64,000 nt of DNA from Chiloscyllium plagiosum (GCF_004010195.1 NC_057711.1:81419366-81483365), one strand, 5' to 3'; numbered from the stretch's first letter, positions 49,655 to 63,800 are shown. Notes: a model not told the origin generated them from the letters alone. Program-made: numbers and translations.

Positions 49655-50289
49655 TGTTATGGACCAGACCAAACCCTCTCAAAACATGTCAAGGAGATAG
49701 GTTAGACCCGAATGTTTTCTTATTTTAAAGGCAAGTGCCTGGCAGTGCATTTCGGGTACAAGTCAATTAGTCAAACTATATGGCTTGATACAAAACACAC
49801 ATTATTCATACAGTACATTTAAAATACAGACAACATTTTTAAAAAGTTGGCTTGCCCATAATTCTATTGAAATATTGAAATATTTAACAAAATAATAAAC
49901 TACTCATTAACTGTTCTAACACAATAACATTCTATAACCACACAATTGGCAAAGGCAAAGTCAGTAAAATAGTTTATTTCACATACTATTCTAGCAGCAA
50001 GAAGAGGACCCCAGCTCTTAGCTGTAGCAGAGAGTGGTACAAGAGCTTCCACATCCTGCTTCAAGACCCCAGCAACTGCTTCTGAAAGCTAAAACTAAAA
50101 ATCCCAGTTCTGTGAAAGTTTGACCCCACCCATTCAGGCTATTTCTATTGTTCCAATTTTTTTTTAAACCCAAGGTGTCACAAGCTGTTTACTTTACTGG
50201 CTTGAAACAGACCTCTCAGCACTGCTGTCTCAACCACTTCATAAAAGGAAAGGACAAAATATCCCTCCTAGAGCCATAGTATCATCACA
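49655..50289. mobile_element. Solo LTR (635 bp)
   Basis: TGTTAT...ATCACA termini; 4-bp TSD ACAT at 49651-49654 and 50290-50293; removing it restores the LINE sequence ggcaccacatccacaaa. Confidence 0.85.
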
Positions 50290-51132
50290 ACATCCACAAA
50301 CCATTCACTCCCTCAATCACTGAAGTACAGTTGCAGCCATGTGTGCCATCTGTAAGATATACTGCAGAAATTCACCTCGGCCCCTTGATCAACATCTTTC
50401 AAACATACAGCCACTTCTACCTAGAAGGAGAAAGGCAGCACCTACATGACCATGTTCCATTCCAAACCATGCAGCATCTTGACTGTGAAATATATCATGT
50501 TCTTTTTCAGTGTCAATGGGTCAAAATCCTGGAATTTCCTCCCTAACAGTACAGTGGATTTACTTAAGGCAAATGGACTATAGCTGTTCAAGAAGGGAGC
50601 TCACCACCACCTTCCAAACAGCAACATGGAGTAGGCAAAACATTCTGGCCCAGCCAGTGACGCCCATATCCCATGACTGAATTAAAAAAGGTAGAAGTTA
50701 GGATGCCTGCTAATTGTACGTTTTTAACTTCTCAGATATTAAACTAGTCCATGTCCAAATGCAATAAGACCTGGTCAGAACTCAGCTTTGGGATGGGAAG
50801 AGGCAAATATATTTTTTTGCAGCTCATATGCCAAGTAATGACCATCTCCAATAGAGAAATTAACTAGTTTCTCGTGACCATCAAAAGCATGATCACCACT
50901 GAATCTCCACCAGCAACACTCTGAAGGTGAACCTCTGAAGCAGCCAATGTATGGAAACAAATTTCTCCCCAAGCCCCTCACCATCATGACTTGGAAATAC
51001 ATTGCTTTCCTTACTGTCACTATGTCAAAATCCTGGAACCCCCTTTTTAACAGCACTGCTAGTGTGCCAACAGCATATGGACTGCAGAGATTCAAGATGG
51101 CAATTCACAACCAGATTCTGATTTGGTAACCA

Positions 51133-51465
51133 GAGGGCATAGTAGCTCAATGGTTAGCACTGCTGCCTCACAGCACCAGGGACCGAGGTTCGATACCAGA
51201 CTTGGGTGATAGTCTGTATGGAGTTTGCACATTCTCCCTGTGTCAGTGTGGTTTTCTGCCAAGTGCTCCATTTTCCTCTCTCAGTCCAAAGATCTGCAGC
51301 TTAAGTGGATTGGCCATGTTAAATTGCCCCATAATGTCCAGAATGTGCAGGCTAGGAAAATAACCACACAAATGGGTGGGTGCTATGTGGGATTGGGATG
51401 TTCTTTGGAAAGTCAATGCAGACTCAGTGGACCTAATGGTCTCTTTCCACACTTTGGGAATTCAA
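51133..51465 (+). mobile_element. HE1-type SINE (diverged)
   Basis: TAGCTCAATGGTTAGCACTGCTGCCTCACAG...GGTTCGATACC. Confidence 0.88.
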
Positions 51466-52861
51466 TGAAATTTCGCAATGCGAATTGGGGATAAGGAATA
51501 ATTGCTTTGCTAGAGATGCTTTAAGAATAAAAATTACATTGTTCACCTTTCTCCCTTACAGATTTTGCACCATATTTTTCACCATGGACTTCACAATCTT
51601 TTAAACAATCAATGAACCTTCATGTCAGAAGAATAGGATAGGTTTGAATGAGTAAGAACAGATTGAAGCAGTTCTGTCCCCAAGCTGTTTCAGCTGTTAG
51701 CCTATCTGAAGTAAAATATTTACTAACACTGTAGTAAGTAATGTTTTTCCAGACAATAACATGACATTAATTACAAGCACATGTTTTAAGGCACATTACA
51801 GTAGCTATTTCTGTTGCTATGAAGTATTGAATTTACTTCTAATTGGCATGAATGTAGAGCCTGCCCGCAAATCTGAGCCAAACCCAGTCTTGTAGTAATT
51901 TATGATGCCCTGCTCCATCTCAATGACATGATGAAATGTTTGCCAAGTTCCATCCTTCTCTTTTATCATTTCAAACCAAGTATGTTAGTTCTTTTCCAAG
52001 TGAGGAGAAAACAAAGTGGCTTCAATTTTATTGTGCCATCAATCTACTTGAAAGAGCTCATGATCCCAGATTGTCTCCCATCATCGCATTCCACATTAAT
52101 TTTAACTAAATTCCATGAATTACATTATGTTGTTCATTTAACCAATTGTTTCAAGTTGCAGAGCTAATTCAAAAGTCACAAAAATATTGAACACAGAAGT
52201 AATAAATTTTAAACTGGTCTCACTCATCATACATCTCCATACTAGGAGGTTCTAAAACATACTGCAATTGTAAATGCAAACACAGATCCAACTGGAACAC
52301 ATGTAAAAATGTTATTAAAGCTTTCCTAGCCTCAAAACCAACAGTAAACTCTGACATTAGAATGCCTGGTCCTGCTGCTTGTTTGCTGTTTTTGGCTATG
52401 GTTTCATGGCAACCTACTCTGTATCAAAACAAGATTTAGTTTGCTGTGCAATAAGTCATCTCTTCGCAAATCACACTGTCATCTCCTACAAATGGTTACA
52501 TTTTCCTGCAAATGCAATGAGCAACTTAAAGTTAAGGGATTACTGTATACTTGTGTGAAAGAACCCTTTCCCAATTTTGAGCAGCAAAGTACTGCAGTCA
52601 GGTGAGGAGTTGTCTAAATTAGGCTGGGGCCTTGGGAAATTATGCAAGTAATTGTAAAAAGTTTTATGTCAATCAGACTCCCAAGATAGTGATGTCATTA
52701 TACAACATGTCACCATATGCAAAGTTTGTCTATAGCAATTAGACTGGATCTCTTTTTATCGAAAGAAATTGGCCGTGAGCAAACGACACTAAGACATGAC
52801 CATGTTGATTAGTGACTCCCTGGTTCCCATTCACAACAGCTTTACCAGATTGTTAAAGAGA

Positions 52862-54090
52862 CCATGTGGAAAATTGCCCAGGGATGTCCCGTACACAAAA
52901 AGCAGAACAATTCCAACATGGTCAATTACTGCCCCATCTGTTTACTCTCAATCATCAGTAAAATGATGGAGAATGTCAACAACAGTGTTATCAAGCAACA
53001 CTTGCCGAGCAATAACCTGTTCAGTCACATTCAGTTTACATTTTACTGGGGCAATTTGCCTCCAGACATTATAACAACTTTGGTCAAACATGGACAAAGA
53101 AACTGATTCAAAGCTATCTTTGACCGTGTGGCATCAGGAAATGCCATAAAAAAGATTTTAAAAAACTATAGGCTCCTCTGTGTATGCGAGAGAGAAAGAG
53201 AGAGAGAAAAAGAGAGGAAGAGAGAGAGAGATCTTCACTGATGATTGCACAATGTTCAGCAACTTTCACTACTCTTCAGATATTAAAGCAGTCCATGTCC
53301 AAATGAAACAAGACCTGACAATATTCAGATATAGACTGACAAATGTCAAGGAATATTTGCACACCACAAGCTCCAGACAATGACCATCTCCAACAGGAGC
53401 TCATTTAACCCCATCATGTTTAATGGTATTCTCATCATTGAATCCCATAGAATCAATATCGTGGTGTTACCATTGACCAAAAACTGACTGGATAGCCACA
53501 AATAGAGTGGCTACAAGAGCTGATTAGAGACTCGGAATTCTATGATGAGTAACTCACCTTCTGAATCCCCAGAGCCTATTCAGAATCAACAAGCCCCAGG
53601 TTTGGAGTGTGATGAAAACGATTGCACCTCCAACAACACTCAAGAAGCATGACACCATCAAGGGCAAAACAGCCCATTGATTGACATCACATTCACGAAC
53701 ATTCACACCTTCCATCACTGATGCACAGTTGCAGCAGTTTGTACCATCTACAATACTGCAGAAATTAACCAAGTTCCTTTAGCAGTACCTTCAAAACACA
53801 CAAACACTACCATTTCAAGGATAAAGTAAGTAGTTAAATGGGAACATCATTGTCTGTAAGCTCCTCTCCAAACCACTTGGCATCCTGACCTGGAAATACA
53901 TCTCTGTTCCTTCAGTTTTACTGGATCAAAATCCTGGAACTCTCTCCCCAACAGCATTTGGGGCATCTAAACCAAATGGACTTCAGCATTTCACAAAGAC
54001 AGCTCATCATCACATTCTTAAGTTCATTTAGGGATGGGAAATACTGGCCTATCTAGCAACATTTCATTACTGAACAAAGAAAAAACATTA
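52862..54090 (+). mobile_element. L2/CR1-group LINE, internally deleted
   Basis: WKIAQGCPVHKKQ..NYCPICLLSIISKMME; IFTDDCTMF; same tail family as 50290-50690. Confidence 0.85.
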
Positions 54091-55479
54091 ACTTTATAAC
54101 CTCACCTGTCCTTCTGTCTTCTCTTCCTCCAGTTTTACAACCCACTGAGATACATGTAGCCCACCTCACCAGTGGCACTGCCACAATACAGCTACCAGAT
54201 TCTGACTGGATAATAATTCAGCAAGTATTACTTCTGCCCCGAGGTCCTTCATCTTGGGGCCAATCAGCTGCCTGATTTCAGGCACATGCAGTGGACCTTC
54301 GCAAACACAGGTGACATAGAGTTTCTGCCATCTCTCCAGTTGGTTAAGAGACACTGTCACCTCAATAACGTATCACCCATCATTAGGAACCTAAAGGCAG
54401 ATGGAAAAAGTGATTCAAGAAGTTGGATTTTCAATTGCCAACAGGAGCAGGTCTGGGAGATTGCACACGTTAAGAATTGCAATCTTGGTGGGCTTCACTG
54501 GATTCAAGTACATCCGGAATGAAACACAGTTTTCAAGGGGTAAACCCAAGAGAGCCATGAGGACTAATGGACTCTCTGGTGAACATAATTAAGAAATAGA
54601 GATTGTATACAACTGCACAACCACTGCCAGGCATTGACCTGGCTGGTGTTGAGAAGCATGTATATGCGAATGGTTCTACTTCTAAGAGACATTGAAAATA
54701 TTTGTCACCACTTCGGTATCAGACTTTGGTAACTGATGCCCTGGTGATTGAACAAGCAGCAAAAGAGGGAGCGAGGATTGGAGAGTAGCAGGTAGGAGAT
54801 TTAGCACACAAATCCTTCTGTTTATAGCCATGCCAAAGGAACATACTGGAGTGATAGGGGTAGTTATAAGGGGAAAAGGCACTTCTTGACATTGGGTGAA
54901 CAACCCAAGAGTAAGCAGCCTGTAAGTGAGAGATCACTATTACCATAGGAGATGGCCCTCTCCAGACACCTGTCCTACCCATCCAAAGATCAGTAAAATG
55001 GAATTGTGAAGAGAACATAATGAAGCTACGAATAAATAAATGGAAGGTAAGTGACTAGTCAGAGGTCTGGCAAATGGAGAGCAGGGTGAAAGATATAAAA
55101 TTGTTCAGTCTTGCAGAAAGGATGAGAGAAACAGCAGATTGTCTTCATGGTGAGAGATTGCAGAGATCTGAGATGCAGAAGGATCTGGATATCCTAAGGC
55201 ATGAATCACGAAAGCTTAGAATGCAGATAAAGCAAGTAATTAATGAAGCAAATATAATATTATTGTAGATTTAAATGAAAATTTAATTCCAAAGTAGAAA
55301 CTTACACTTTAATTTATCCAGAGGATTGATGAGATCACATATGGACATATTATGTACAGTGTTGATCCCCTTATTAAAAAGAGAATCTGAAAGCTAATCG
55401 GTGAAGGGTTACTGGACTTACAACTGAAATGAGCAGTTTTTCATCTGAGGAAAGGTTAAGCGTTTGGACAAAAGCAATT

Positions 55480-57312
55480 GTATCCTTGGTATATTGGCTG
55501 GTTTGCTGCAGTCGTGTGACCTCTATCTCTGCTGTAAGGATCTTTGTGTGCAATCTATAGCAGCTATTAAACGCACATCACTTACAATATGGTGTCAGCT
55601 GCTGAAAAAAGGTTGAACAAAACAATAATCTGCAACTTTGAATTAGTGGGTGAGATAAAATGGGTGAATGTTTTCTAGGCCCTTCTGCTGTGAAAATGGA
55701 AGGACATTTGAGACAGAAATAGATTCTTTTTTCACTCTTTCAGTGGCACAACAATGAAGTAACTACAATATTAATTAGAAAACATGAGTATTTGAGTTAC
55801 AGTATTCTTCCCAGTGCTGGGCATATTGTGCTACAGGCTGTAATTGAAGACTAGATCTCACTAACGGCCAAAGTGCCGAAATTTTGAAAGTTTTGAAGTC
55901 ACATTTTGAACCCCAATATTTAAATTACACATGACCAGCATGTGTTCAACATCACAACTCAAGGGGAGGGGGAGACCATTGATAAATATGATAGGAAACT
56001 GACAATTGAGCTGAATCCTGACAGTTTAGACAACTGAAAGACAATTTTATCAGAGAAAATCTGTCTTAGGTTTATGAGATCCTGTCATGAGAGCATATCT
56101 GAACAGAAAAGAGGGACATACTCTCAAGAAAGCTAACAATATATGCAGAAACTCTGATAATTATCAGCTACAGCGTAAAGGAGAACAGATAAGACTTTAC
56201 TAACAGACAATTTGAGTTGAATGAAATTAACAGGTTTTGGTGGAAAAGGAAAAATATAGTTGCAGAAAGGCATCTGGAAGATCAAGGGCAAAGGATAATA
56301 TTTATATAGTGTACAGGAAATAAACCAAATTAAATATGTTTAGAATGGAAAAGCTCTAATTGCAAACAGCTGAATCACCTTATCACAATCATTTAGCTGA
56401 AATTAAGCCTACAAAGATGGCAGCTGATACTGAGAAAATCATTTTACCCAATAAAATGAGTTAGCGCTATCAGATCAAAAGGTGCCAAATGGTTAGTGGT
56501 ATTAGAATGGTGACCGCAGAAAAAGAGCATTGAGCAAGTATCAGAGACATATGGTGCTTCATGCAAAATAATGAACTCTGCAGACCTGTGTGAAATGACT
56601 CAAGATTTTCACCCAAAATAAAAGTCTCAAGAATAAAATTGAGGCTGTATAATGGAACAATATTAATCCTAATTGGACAAACTAAGCTAGGAGTTTCTTA
56701 CAATGTGAGGAATAAAGATCTGAAGTTCCAGATAGTAAACATTAAGCAAAATGCACTTACATCAAGTAAGTCTAAAGCTTGGACTGGTAGCTCTAACTGT
56801 ACTAGACGAGATTTGGAGCATTTTTCAGGCCATTAAACCATTGACTGCTAAACAGTTTACAAAGACTCCTTGGAGTTATTGGACTTCTTCCAAGTGAACA
56901 TCATCTTCAAGTAGAAGAAAATGTGAGACGAATTTGGCTTCAGCTGAGGAGAGTTCTAATTGCCCTGAAAGTCTCCAGCCTCAATGACAAGATAGAGCTG
57001 GGAAAGAAGGGAGCAATTGAAAGTGACAACAGTTCCTACAGCTGGATTAACAATAGGGTAGCAGTGAAAATAAAATGTTTGAAGTGTACATATAGATTCA
57101 AAGGATCTCAATGCTTTGAAGAGTTCTCATTACCTCATGGCAAACATTGAAGTAACTTTGCCACAATTTATCAAGACAAATGTCTTTTCTCCCCACAATT
57201 TGAAGGATGATGAGTGACAAGAAAGCTGATAGTAATATTTTTCTAACTACTTTCAGTATGACATCCAGGAGATATAGAAAGTTACTCATGCCAAGCGGTA
57301 ACTCCAATGCAT
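55480..57312 (+). mobile_element. Partial Gypsy element (LTR, PBS, gag, protease, start of RT)
   Basis: PBS-like TGGTGTCAG at 55590; HFEP...HVFNITTQGEGETIDKY; degenerate DTGASC at about 56546; SWINNRVAVK; HYLMANIEVTLPQ. Confidence 0.75.
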
Positions 57313-57780
57313 GAATTTAATCTGGATAAATGCGAGGTAATGCATTTAGGCAGGACCATAAAGACAAGGGAATACATGGTGAACAGTAGGATCCTGGGAA
57401 GGACCAAGGATCAGACAGACCTTGGTGTGCACCTCCACCAATTCCTTTAAAGATCTTAGAGTGATTAAGAAGAGATAAAGGATATTTGCCTTTATTAAGT
57501 TCATAACATTTAAGATTGGGAGATTAAACTAGAAGTATATCAAATATTGGTAAACCAGGCTAGAATATTATATGCAGTTCTGGAATTCACGTTATAGGAG
57601 GAATATGATTGCACTGGAGAAGATGAAAAGGAGGTCTACTAGGATGATGCCTGTGCTTGAGAATTTTAGTTCTGAAGAGAGCTCAGATGAATTGAGGTTG
57701 TTTTCCTTGGAGCAGAGGAGACGAAGAGAGAAAATGTTTGAGATGTATAAAATTATGAGGGGCATAGTTAGAGTCCTAAA
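57313..57780 (+). mobile_element. CR1 fragment
   Basis: FNLDKCEVMHLGR; LRLFSLEQRR..MYKIMRG. Confidence 0.8.
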
Positions 57781-58079
57781 ATTGGAATTAAAAACAGATA
57801 TGGAATTAAAAACTGGCCTAATGGCAACTAAGTAACCACTATGGTTTAGTGAACCAGATATTTTTAATGTCCTTCAGGGAAATAAATATGCCATCCCTGG
57901 GCCTACATGTGACTCCAGAGCTTCATGAATGTAGTTGACTCTTAATTACCCTCTGAAATAGATAAGTAAAGCTTTCAATGCAAGGACAGTTAGGGATGGG
58001 AAATTAAAACTGTTCTTTTCATTGATGTCAACATTCCATGAATGAATAAGAATCTTACATAGTGATCTTATATACTATA

Positions 58080-59960
58080 TGTCAAAAAGTGCGGTGCTGG
58101 AAAAGTACAGTTGGTAAGGCAACATCCAAGGAGTAGGAGAGTTAATGTTTCAAGCATAAGCCCTACATCAGGAAAGTTGCGGGGGGAGGAGTTGAGTGAT
58201 AAATGGGAGGAGAGTGGGCCTGGGGGAAAGGTGGCTAGGAATGGAATAGGTAGATGAAAGTGAGGGTTGATGGTGATAGGTCAGAGTGAAGGGTGGAGTG
58301 GATAGGTGGGAAGGAAGATGGACAGTTCAAGAGGGCTGTGCCAAGTTCAACAGTTGGATCTGGTATAGGTGGGAGTAGGGAAGATGAGGAAACTGGTGAA
58401 ATCAACATTGATTCCATGTGGATGGAGGGTTCCAAGGTAGAAGATGAGGTGTTCTTCCTCCAGTCGTCGGGCGGCTAGGATTTGGCGGTGGAGGCGGCCC
58501 AGAACCTGTATGTCCTTGGCAGAGTTGGACGGGGATTTGAAGTAGTCAGCCAGAGGGCGGTGGGGTAGTTTGGTGCGTGCGTCACGAGATGTTCTCTGAA
58601 ACAATCCACAAGTTGGTGTCCTTTCTCCCCAATGTAGAAGAAACCACATTGAGAACAACAGACACAGTAGATGAGGTGTTTGGAGGAGCAGGAAAATCTC
58701 TGCCGAATTTGGAAGGATCCTTTAGAGCCTTGGATGGAAGTGATGGGGGGGAATGTGTGGGCGCAGGTTTTCCACCTCTTGCAGTGGCAACAGAAGACTT
58801 TAAGAGTGGAGGGTGGGTTGGAGGGGGCGCGTAAACCCAACAAGGATATCGTGGAGGGAATGGTCTCTGCAGAATGCTGAAAGGGGTGGAGTCTCACTGT
58901 AGATGCCAGAAATGGCAGAGGATAATGCGCTCTATCTGGAAATTAGTCGGGTGGAAGGTGAGGAGCGGGGGGTGGCAGGGTGGGCAGGGGCGTGGGCTGG
59001 ATTTCTATCTTTGTTGCTGTTGGAGGGGTTGGTTCAAGGGTGGAAGTATAGGAAGTGGAACAGATGAGCTGGAGGGCATTGTTGACCATGTGGGAGGGGA
59101 AATTATGGTCCTTGAAGTAAGAGGCTATCTGGGATGTCCTGGAGTGAAATTGGTCCTCCTGGGAGCAGATCTGGTGGAGGCAGAGGAATTGGGAGTAAGG
59201 GATAGAATTTTTACAGGAGGCGAGGTAGGAGGAGGTGTCGTCCAGATAGCTGTGGGAGTTTTCCGAGTTTGAAGGAGATGTCTTGTTGAGTTGGTCACCA
59301 GAAATGGAGATGGAGAGGTCTAGAAAGGGGAGGAAGATGTCCGAGATGGTCTAGGTGAACTTGGTAGCAGAGGAAAAAGTGGGGAATGCTGCTACTGTAA
59401 CCTTTCAGAGAACATTTCTGGGATGCATGCACCAAACAACGCAACAACCCGTGGCCAATCACTTCAACTCCTCCTCCTACTCTACCAAAGACATGCAAGT
59501 CTTGGGCCTCCTCTACCGCCAAAACCTAGCCAATTGATGACTGGAGAAAGAATGCCTCATCTTCTGCCTTGGGACCCTCCAACCACATAGGGTCAATGTG
59601 GATTTCACTAGCTTCCTCATCTCCCTTCTTCCCATCTACACCAGATCCAAACCTCCAACTTAGCACTACCCTCTTGAACTGGTCTTCCTTCCCACCTACT
59701 TGTTCCACTCCCCTCCAACCCATCACTATCACCCCCCAACTTCATCTACTTATCGCATTCATAGCTACCTTCTCAGCAACCCTTGCTGGTTATTTCTCAG
59801 CCCCATTGCACCCCCCACCCCCACCCCGCGCATTCCTGATGAAGACCCTATGCTTGAAACATCGATTCTCCTTCTCCTCGGATGCTGCCTGACCTGCTGT
59901 GCTTTTCCGGTGTCACACCTTTTGACTCTGATCTCCAGCAAATGCAGCCCTCACTTTCTC
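58080..59960. mobile_element. Older fold-back Penelope family A-like element
   Basis: Minus part 58080-59365 with HLIYCVCCSQCGFFYIGEKG (GIY-YIG); plus-strand mirrored 3' end at about 59400-59960. Confidence 0.85.
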
Positions 59961-61213
59961 CCTATACACTATGTATGACTGGATACGGTAATCTGGGAAA
60001 TAACAAATTGAGCAATTATTGAGACAATGTGTCGCCTACATCCGGTAAATGAACAAAAATAAAACCGAGACTGCCTTCTCACTCTGCGTCGCCACAATCT
60101 ACCCAAAAATGGTTTGTCCACAATATAGGAGCAAATTACTGCCAATATTGGAATCTGTACTGAAAACAAGAAAATGCTAGTAATCCCAACGGGTCAGACA
60201 GCATCTGTGGAGAGAAAGCAAGTTAACATTTTTAGTCTCAATGATTCTTCATCAGAAGATTGCTACAGGTTGTAGGTTTGTTCGCTGAGCTGGCATGCTA
60301 GGTAACATCATCAGTGAGCCTCCGGTGAAGCACCGGTGTTCTCTCCTGCTTTCTTTCTTGTAAACTGGGCAGGTGCAAAACATACCTCGTCCCACTGAGC
60401 AGCCAGAAAGGCTGTCAGTAACCATGTGTCCTCCCCCTCCATCTAGCATCGAAGAAGCCTCAGAATCTGAAATGGATGTTTTCTCTCCATGGATGCTGCC
60501 TAACCCACTGTGATTTCCAGCATTTTTTTCTTTTCAATTGTCTCTCCATCCAGTTTTAAATGCTTCTACTATTTAATGCCCCTTCCTTAAACTCTTTAAC
60601 TTTGTACCTGACCTGGAGTGAGAAATGCACAGCAGATATTCAATGTTAATGATTTCAATAATGTATTCACATGTGAAAACCAATTTTCTTTTGCACCTTT
60701 TTCTAACCTCATTTACTACAAATGGGGAAAGCTTCAATAAAAACAGAAAAATGCTTGATGTTAGTAATAATTTTTTTTTCTTCCACTGAGGTGAGGAAAG
60801 CAACTTGCACAAGTGAACCTAACTCCATGGTTAAGGTGTGCAACTGTTAATATAGTTTATCTTCACAGTCAGTGACTTATGCCATTTCTATCATCAATAA
60901 AGAAAGCATGCCTCCTTACAGAACAGCATCTTAACATTAACGTCTGTTATCAGGAGCAGACAGACACTGCTAAAGGAAGCACCAGATTACATTTCAATAC
61001 CATTTGCCTGGCATATCCCTCATTCAGTTCAAGGGGATTAAATTTATTTTTGTCAAATGGCATGAGGAAGTTGACACCAATCAGTAGTTATACATCATGG
61101 GCTGAATTTTTTCCTTCGGTGGTGAGAAACAGAAGATGGACTGCTTCCACGTCCTGAACACACATTCAGAGGGCAACTGATTAAAGGTTCATCCACGTGA
61201 ATATTTTAACTTT

Positions 61214-61882
61214 AGTTAAAAATCACACAATACGTTATAATCCAATAGGTTTATTTGGAGGCATTAGCTTTCAAAAAACAAAGAAAATTTACAGCCCGGG
61301 AACAGGCCCTTCGGCCTTCCAAGGCTGAGCCGATCCAAACCCACTATCACCCAATTCCTAAGCATCTGTATCCCCCTGCTCCCCACCTACTCATGCATCT
61401 GTCCAGATGTACCTTAAATGAATCTACCGTGCCTGCATCTACTACCTCTACTGCCAACACATTCCATGCACCTATCACCTGCTGTGTAAAGTACTTTCCA
61501 CATGTATCTCCCTTAAACTTTTCACGTCTCACCTTGTACGCGTGACCTCTCGTTATTGAATCCCTCACCCTGGGACAAAAGCTTATCTCTATCCACCCTG
61601 TCTATACCTTCATGATTTTGTGAACCACAATCAGGTCCCCCTTAAATCTCCTTTTTTCTAATGAAAACAACCCTAAACTACTCAACCTCTCTTCATAGCT
61701 AGCACCTTCCATACCAGGCAACATCCTCGTAAACCTTTCGAAGCACTGATTCCAACCGCCTGATGAAGAAGCAGTGCTTCAAAAGCTAATGCCTCCAAAT
61801 AAACCTGTTGGTCTATAAGCTGGTGTTGTGTGATCTTTAACTTTGTCCACCCCAGTCCAACACTGGCTCCTCCACATCATCT
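61214..61882. mobile_element. Penelope family C hairpin mini-element containing a minus-strand CR1 tail (61273-61735)
   Basis: Inverted arms aaaatcacacaa...gcattagctttc and aaagctaatgcc...ttgtgtgatct; CTTTC repeated on both sides of the CR1. Confidence 0.8.
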
Positions 61883-62589
61883 TAACTTTGGACAACATGG
61901 AGTCTGGTTTCTGTGAAATTAACAGACACAGGCTCTCTACATTGGTCTGCTAGATGCTTTCCATTTTCAATATCAGTTGTAGTATAAGGTAAATATTTCA
62001 CAACAATGAATCAGAACCCTAAAGTGCTGTGGATGTTTTAAATTTTTAAATCCAAAATATATGTTTTAAAAGAGGAATGCAACAGTCAGAAACACATTAT
62101 AATGTGAATTCAGTCACTGTCTGGTAAAGTCCAACGTGGGACCCATAGAATGTCATGGCTTTGAATGTCAGGAAACTTCAAACAGAGAGAGAGAGACAAA
62201 CACACCACAGAAAGAGGTGATGAGAAAGTTATCTCCACTGTATCAGGACAAGGCAAACTCTTACAGATGTCTTTGGTTTAGACCTTCCAGGAATATACAC
62301 AGAGGTTAAAAGCTAACAGTAACTTTGGACTGTGTGTGCTGGTGAAATAGGTATGGTAGCGAACAGAAATAACCTAAATACTAGCCTAGATTCACAATGC
62401 TAGTGTGCTGTGAACTTCGCAGTTGAAGAATCACCCACTAGTTACCACTGCATTGTAGGTAAAGGGGCACTCTCATTCTGGCTTTTTAACTAGCTTGCTT
62501 CTGGCACTAAGTAAGAAGAAAATGGAGGAACAGAGGGATTTTCTCAGTCTGAGTGTTGCCAGCTAATCACCATCCAATGGAAACAGGAC

Positions 62590-63800
62590 AGAAGGCTTCG
62601 TGGAAAGGAAATTATGCCTGACTATGTTATTACAGATTTTTGTGGAAGTTTCATCCAAAGTGGATAGAGGGGAGCCAGAGGATATATTGTCTTTGAACTT
62701 CCAGATGGCATTCAACAAGGTACTTCACAAAAGGTTTTGTCTTAAGATAAGAGCCCAGGGTGTTGGAGGTAGTATATTGAGATGGATAGAAAATTGGCTA
62801 ATGGACAGGAAACAAAGAGGGAGGATAAGGAATTCATTTTCTGTTTGGTGACCCTTGATCAGTGGGGTTCCACAGGGATCAGTGCTGGGACTGCAACTGT
62901 TTACAATATATACTAATGACTGTAAGGAAGGAAATGAATGCACTGTAGTCAAATTTACAAATGACACTAAAATAAGTGAAAAGTCAGGTTATAAGAAGGT
63001 TATAAACAGTTTACAGAGAGATATTGACAAGTTAAGTAGGTTGGCAAATGGAGTATAATGTGGGAAAATATGAAGAGCGAAGAACAGAATATCATTTAAA
63101 TGGAGAAAAATTGAAGAAATCTGCAACACAAAGGGACAATGTGACTACTTGTGTATGAAACAGAAAATTAGCCCATAGGTGCAGCAGGTAATCAGGAAAG
63201 GTAATGGAATGTTGGCCCTTATTTCAAGGGGCTTGAAGTATACAAGTAGAAAAGTCTTACTGCAACTGTACAAGGTGCTGGTGAGACCACATCTGGAGTG
63301 CTGTGAGTAGTTTGGCCCCTTTATTTTAGAAAAGATATTATTTCAGTTCAGAGAAGGTTTGTCTTATGAGCAAAGGTCAAACAGGTTGGGGCTCCACTCA
63401 CTGGAGTTTAGAAGAACGAGAGGTGATCTTATTGAAATGTATGGGATCCTAAAGGAGCTTGACAGGCTAAATGCTGAGACAATGTTTCCCCCTCATGGGA
63501 GAGTCTAGGACCAGAGGCCACAGTCTCAGAATAAAAGGGGCACCAATTTAAGACTGAAATGCAGAGGAATTTCTTCTCTCACAGGTTGTGAGTCTTTGAA
63601 ATTCCTTCCTAAAGAGAGTCATGGGGAATAATCCATGTGTATGTTTAAAGTTGAGACAGATAGATCCTTGAGCAGTAGATGAATCAAGGGGAAAGGGTAA
63701 GAAAGTGGATGTGAGGAATGTTGAATCAACCATGCTCCTACTGACTGGCAGAGCAGGCTCAGTGGGCCACTCCTGCTTCTATTTCTTATGGTCTTATGGG
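62590..63800 (+). mobile_element. CR1 LINE, RT to 3' end
   Basis: FQMAFNKVLH..WIENWL..RKQR; SGVPQGSVLG; KFTNDTKI; tail ggtcttatgg. Confidence 0.92.

Larger units (their letters stand above)
47400..50690 (+). mobile_element. L2/CR1-group LINE 3' part broken by nested insertions
   Basis: SALGPT..FIND at about 47430; resumes FANDH at about 48722, then 49430-49654 and 50290-50690 with a tail gccagtgacgcccatatcccatgactgaattaaaaaa. Confidence 0.75.
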
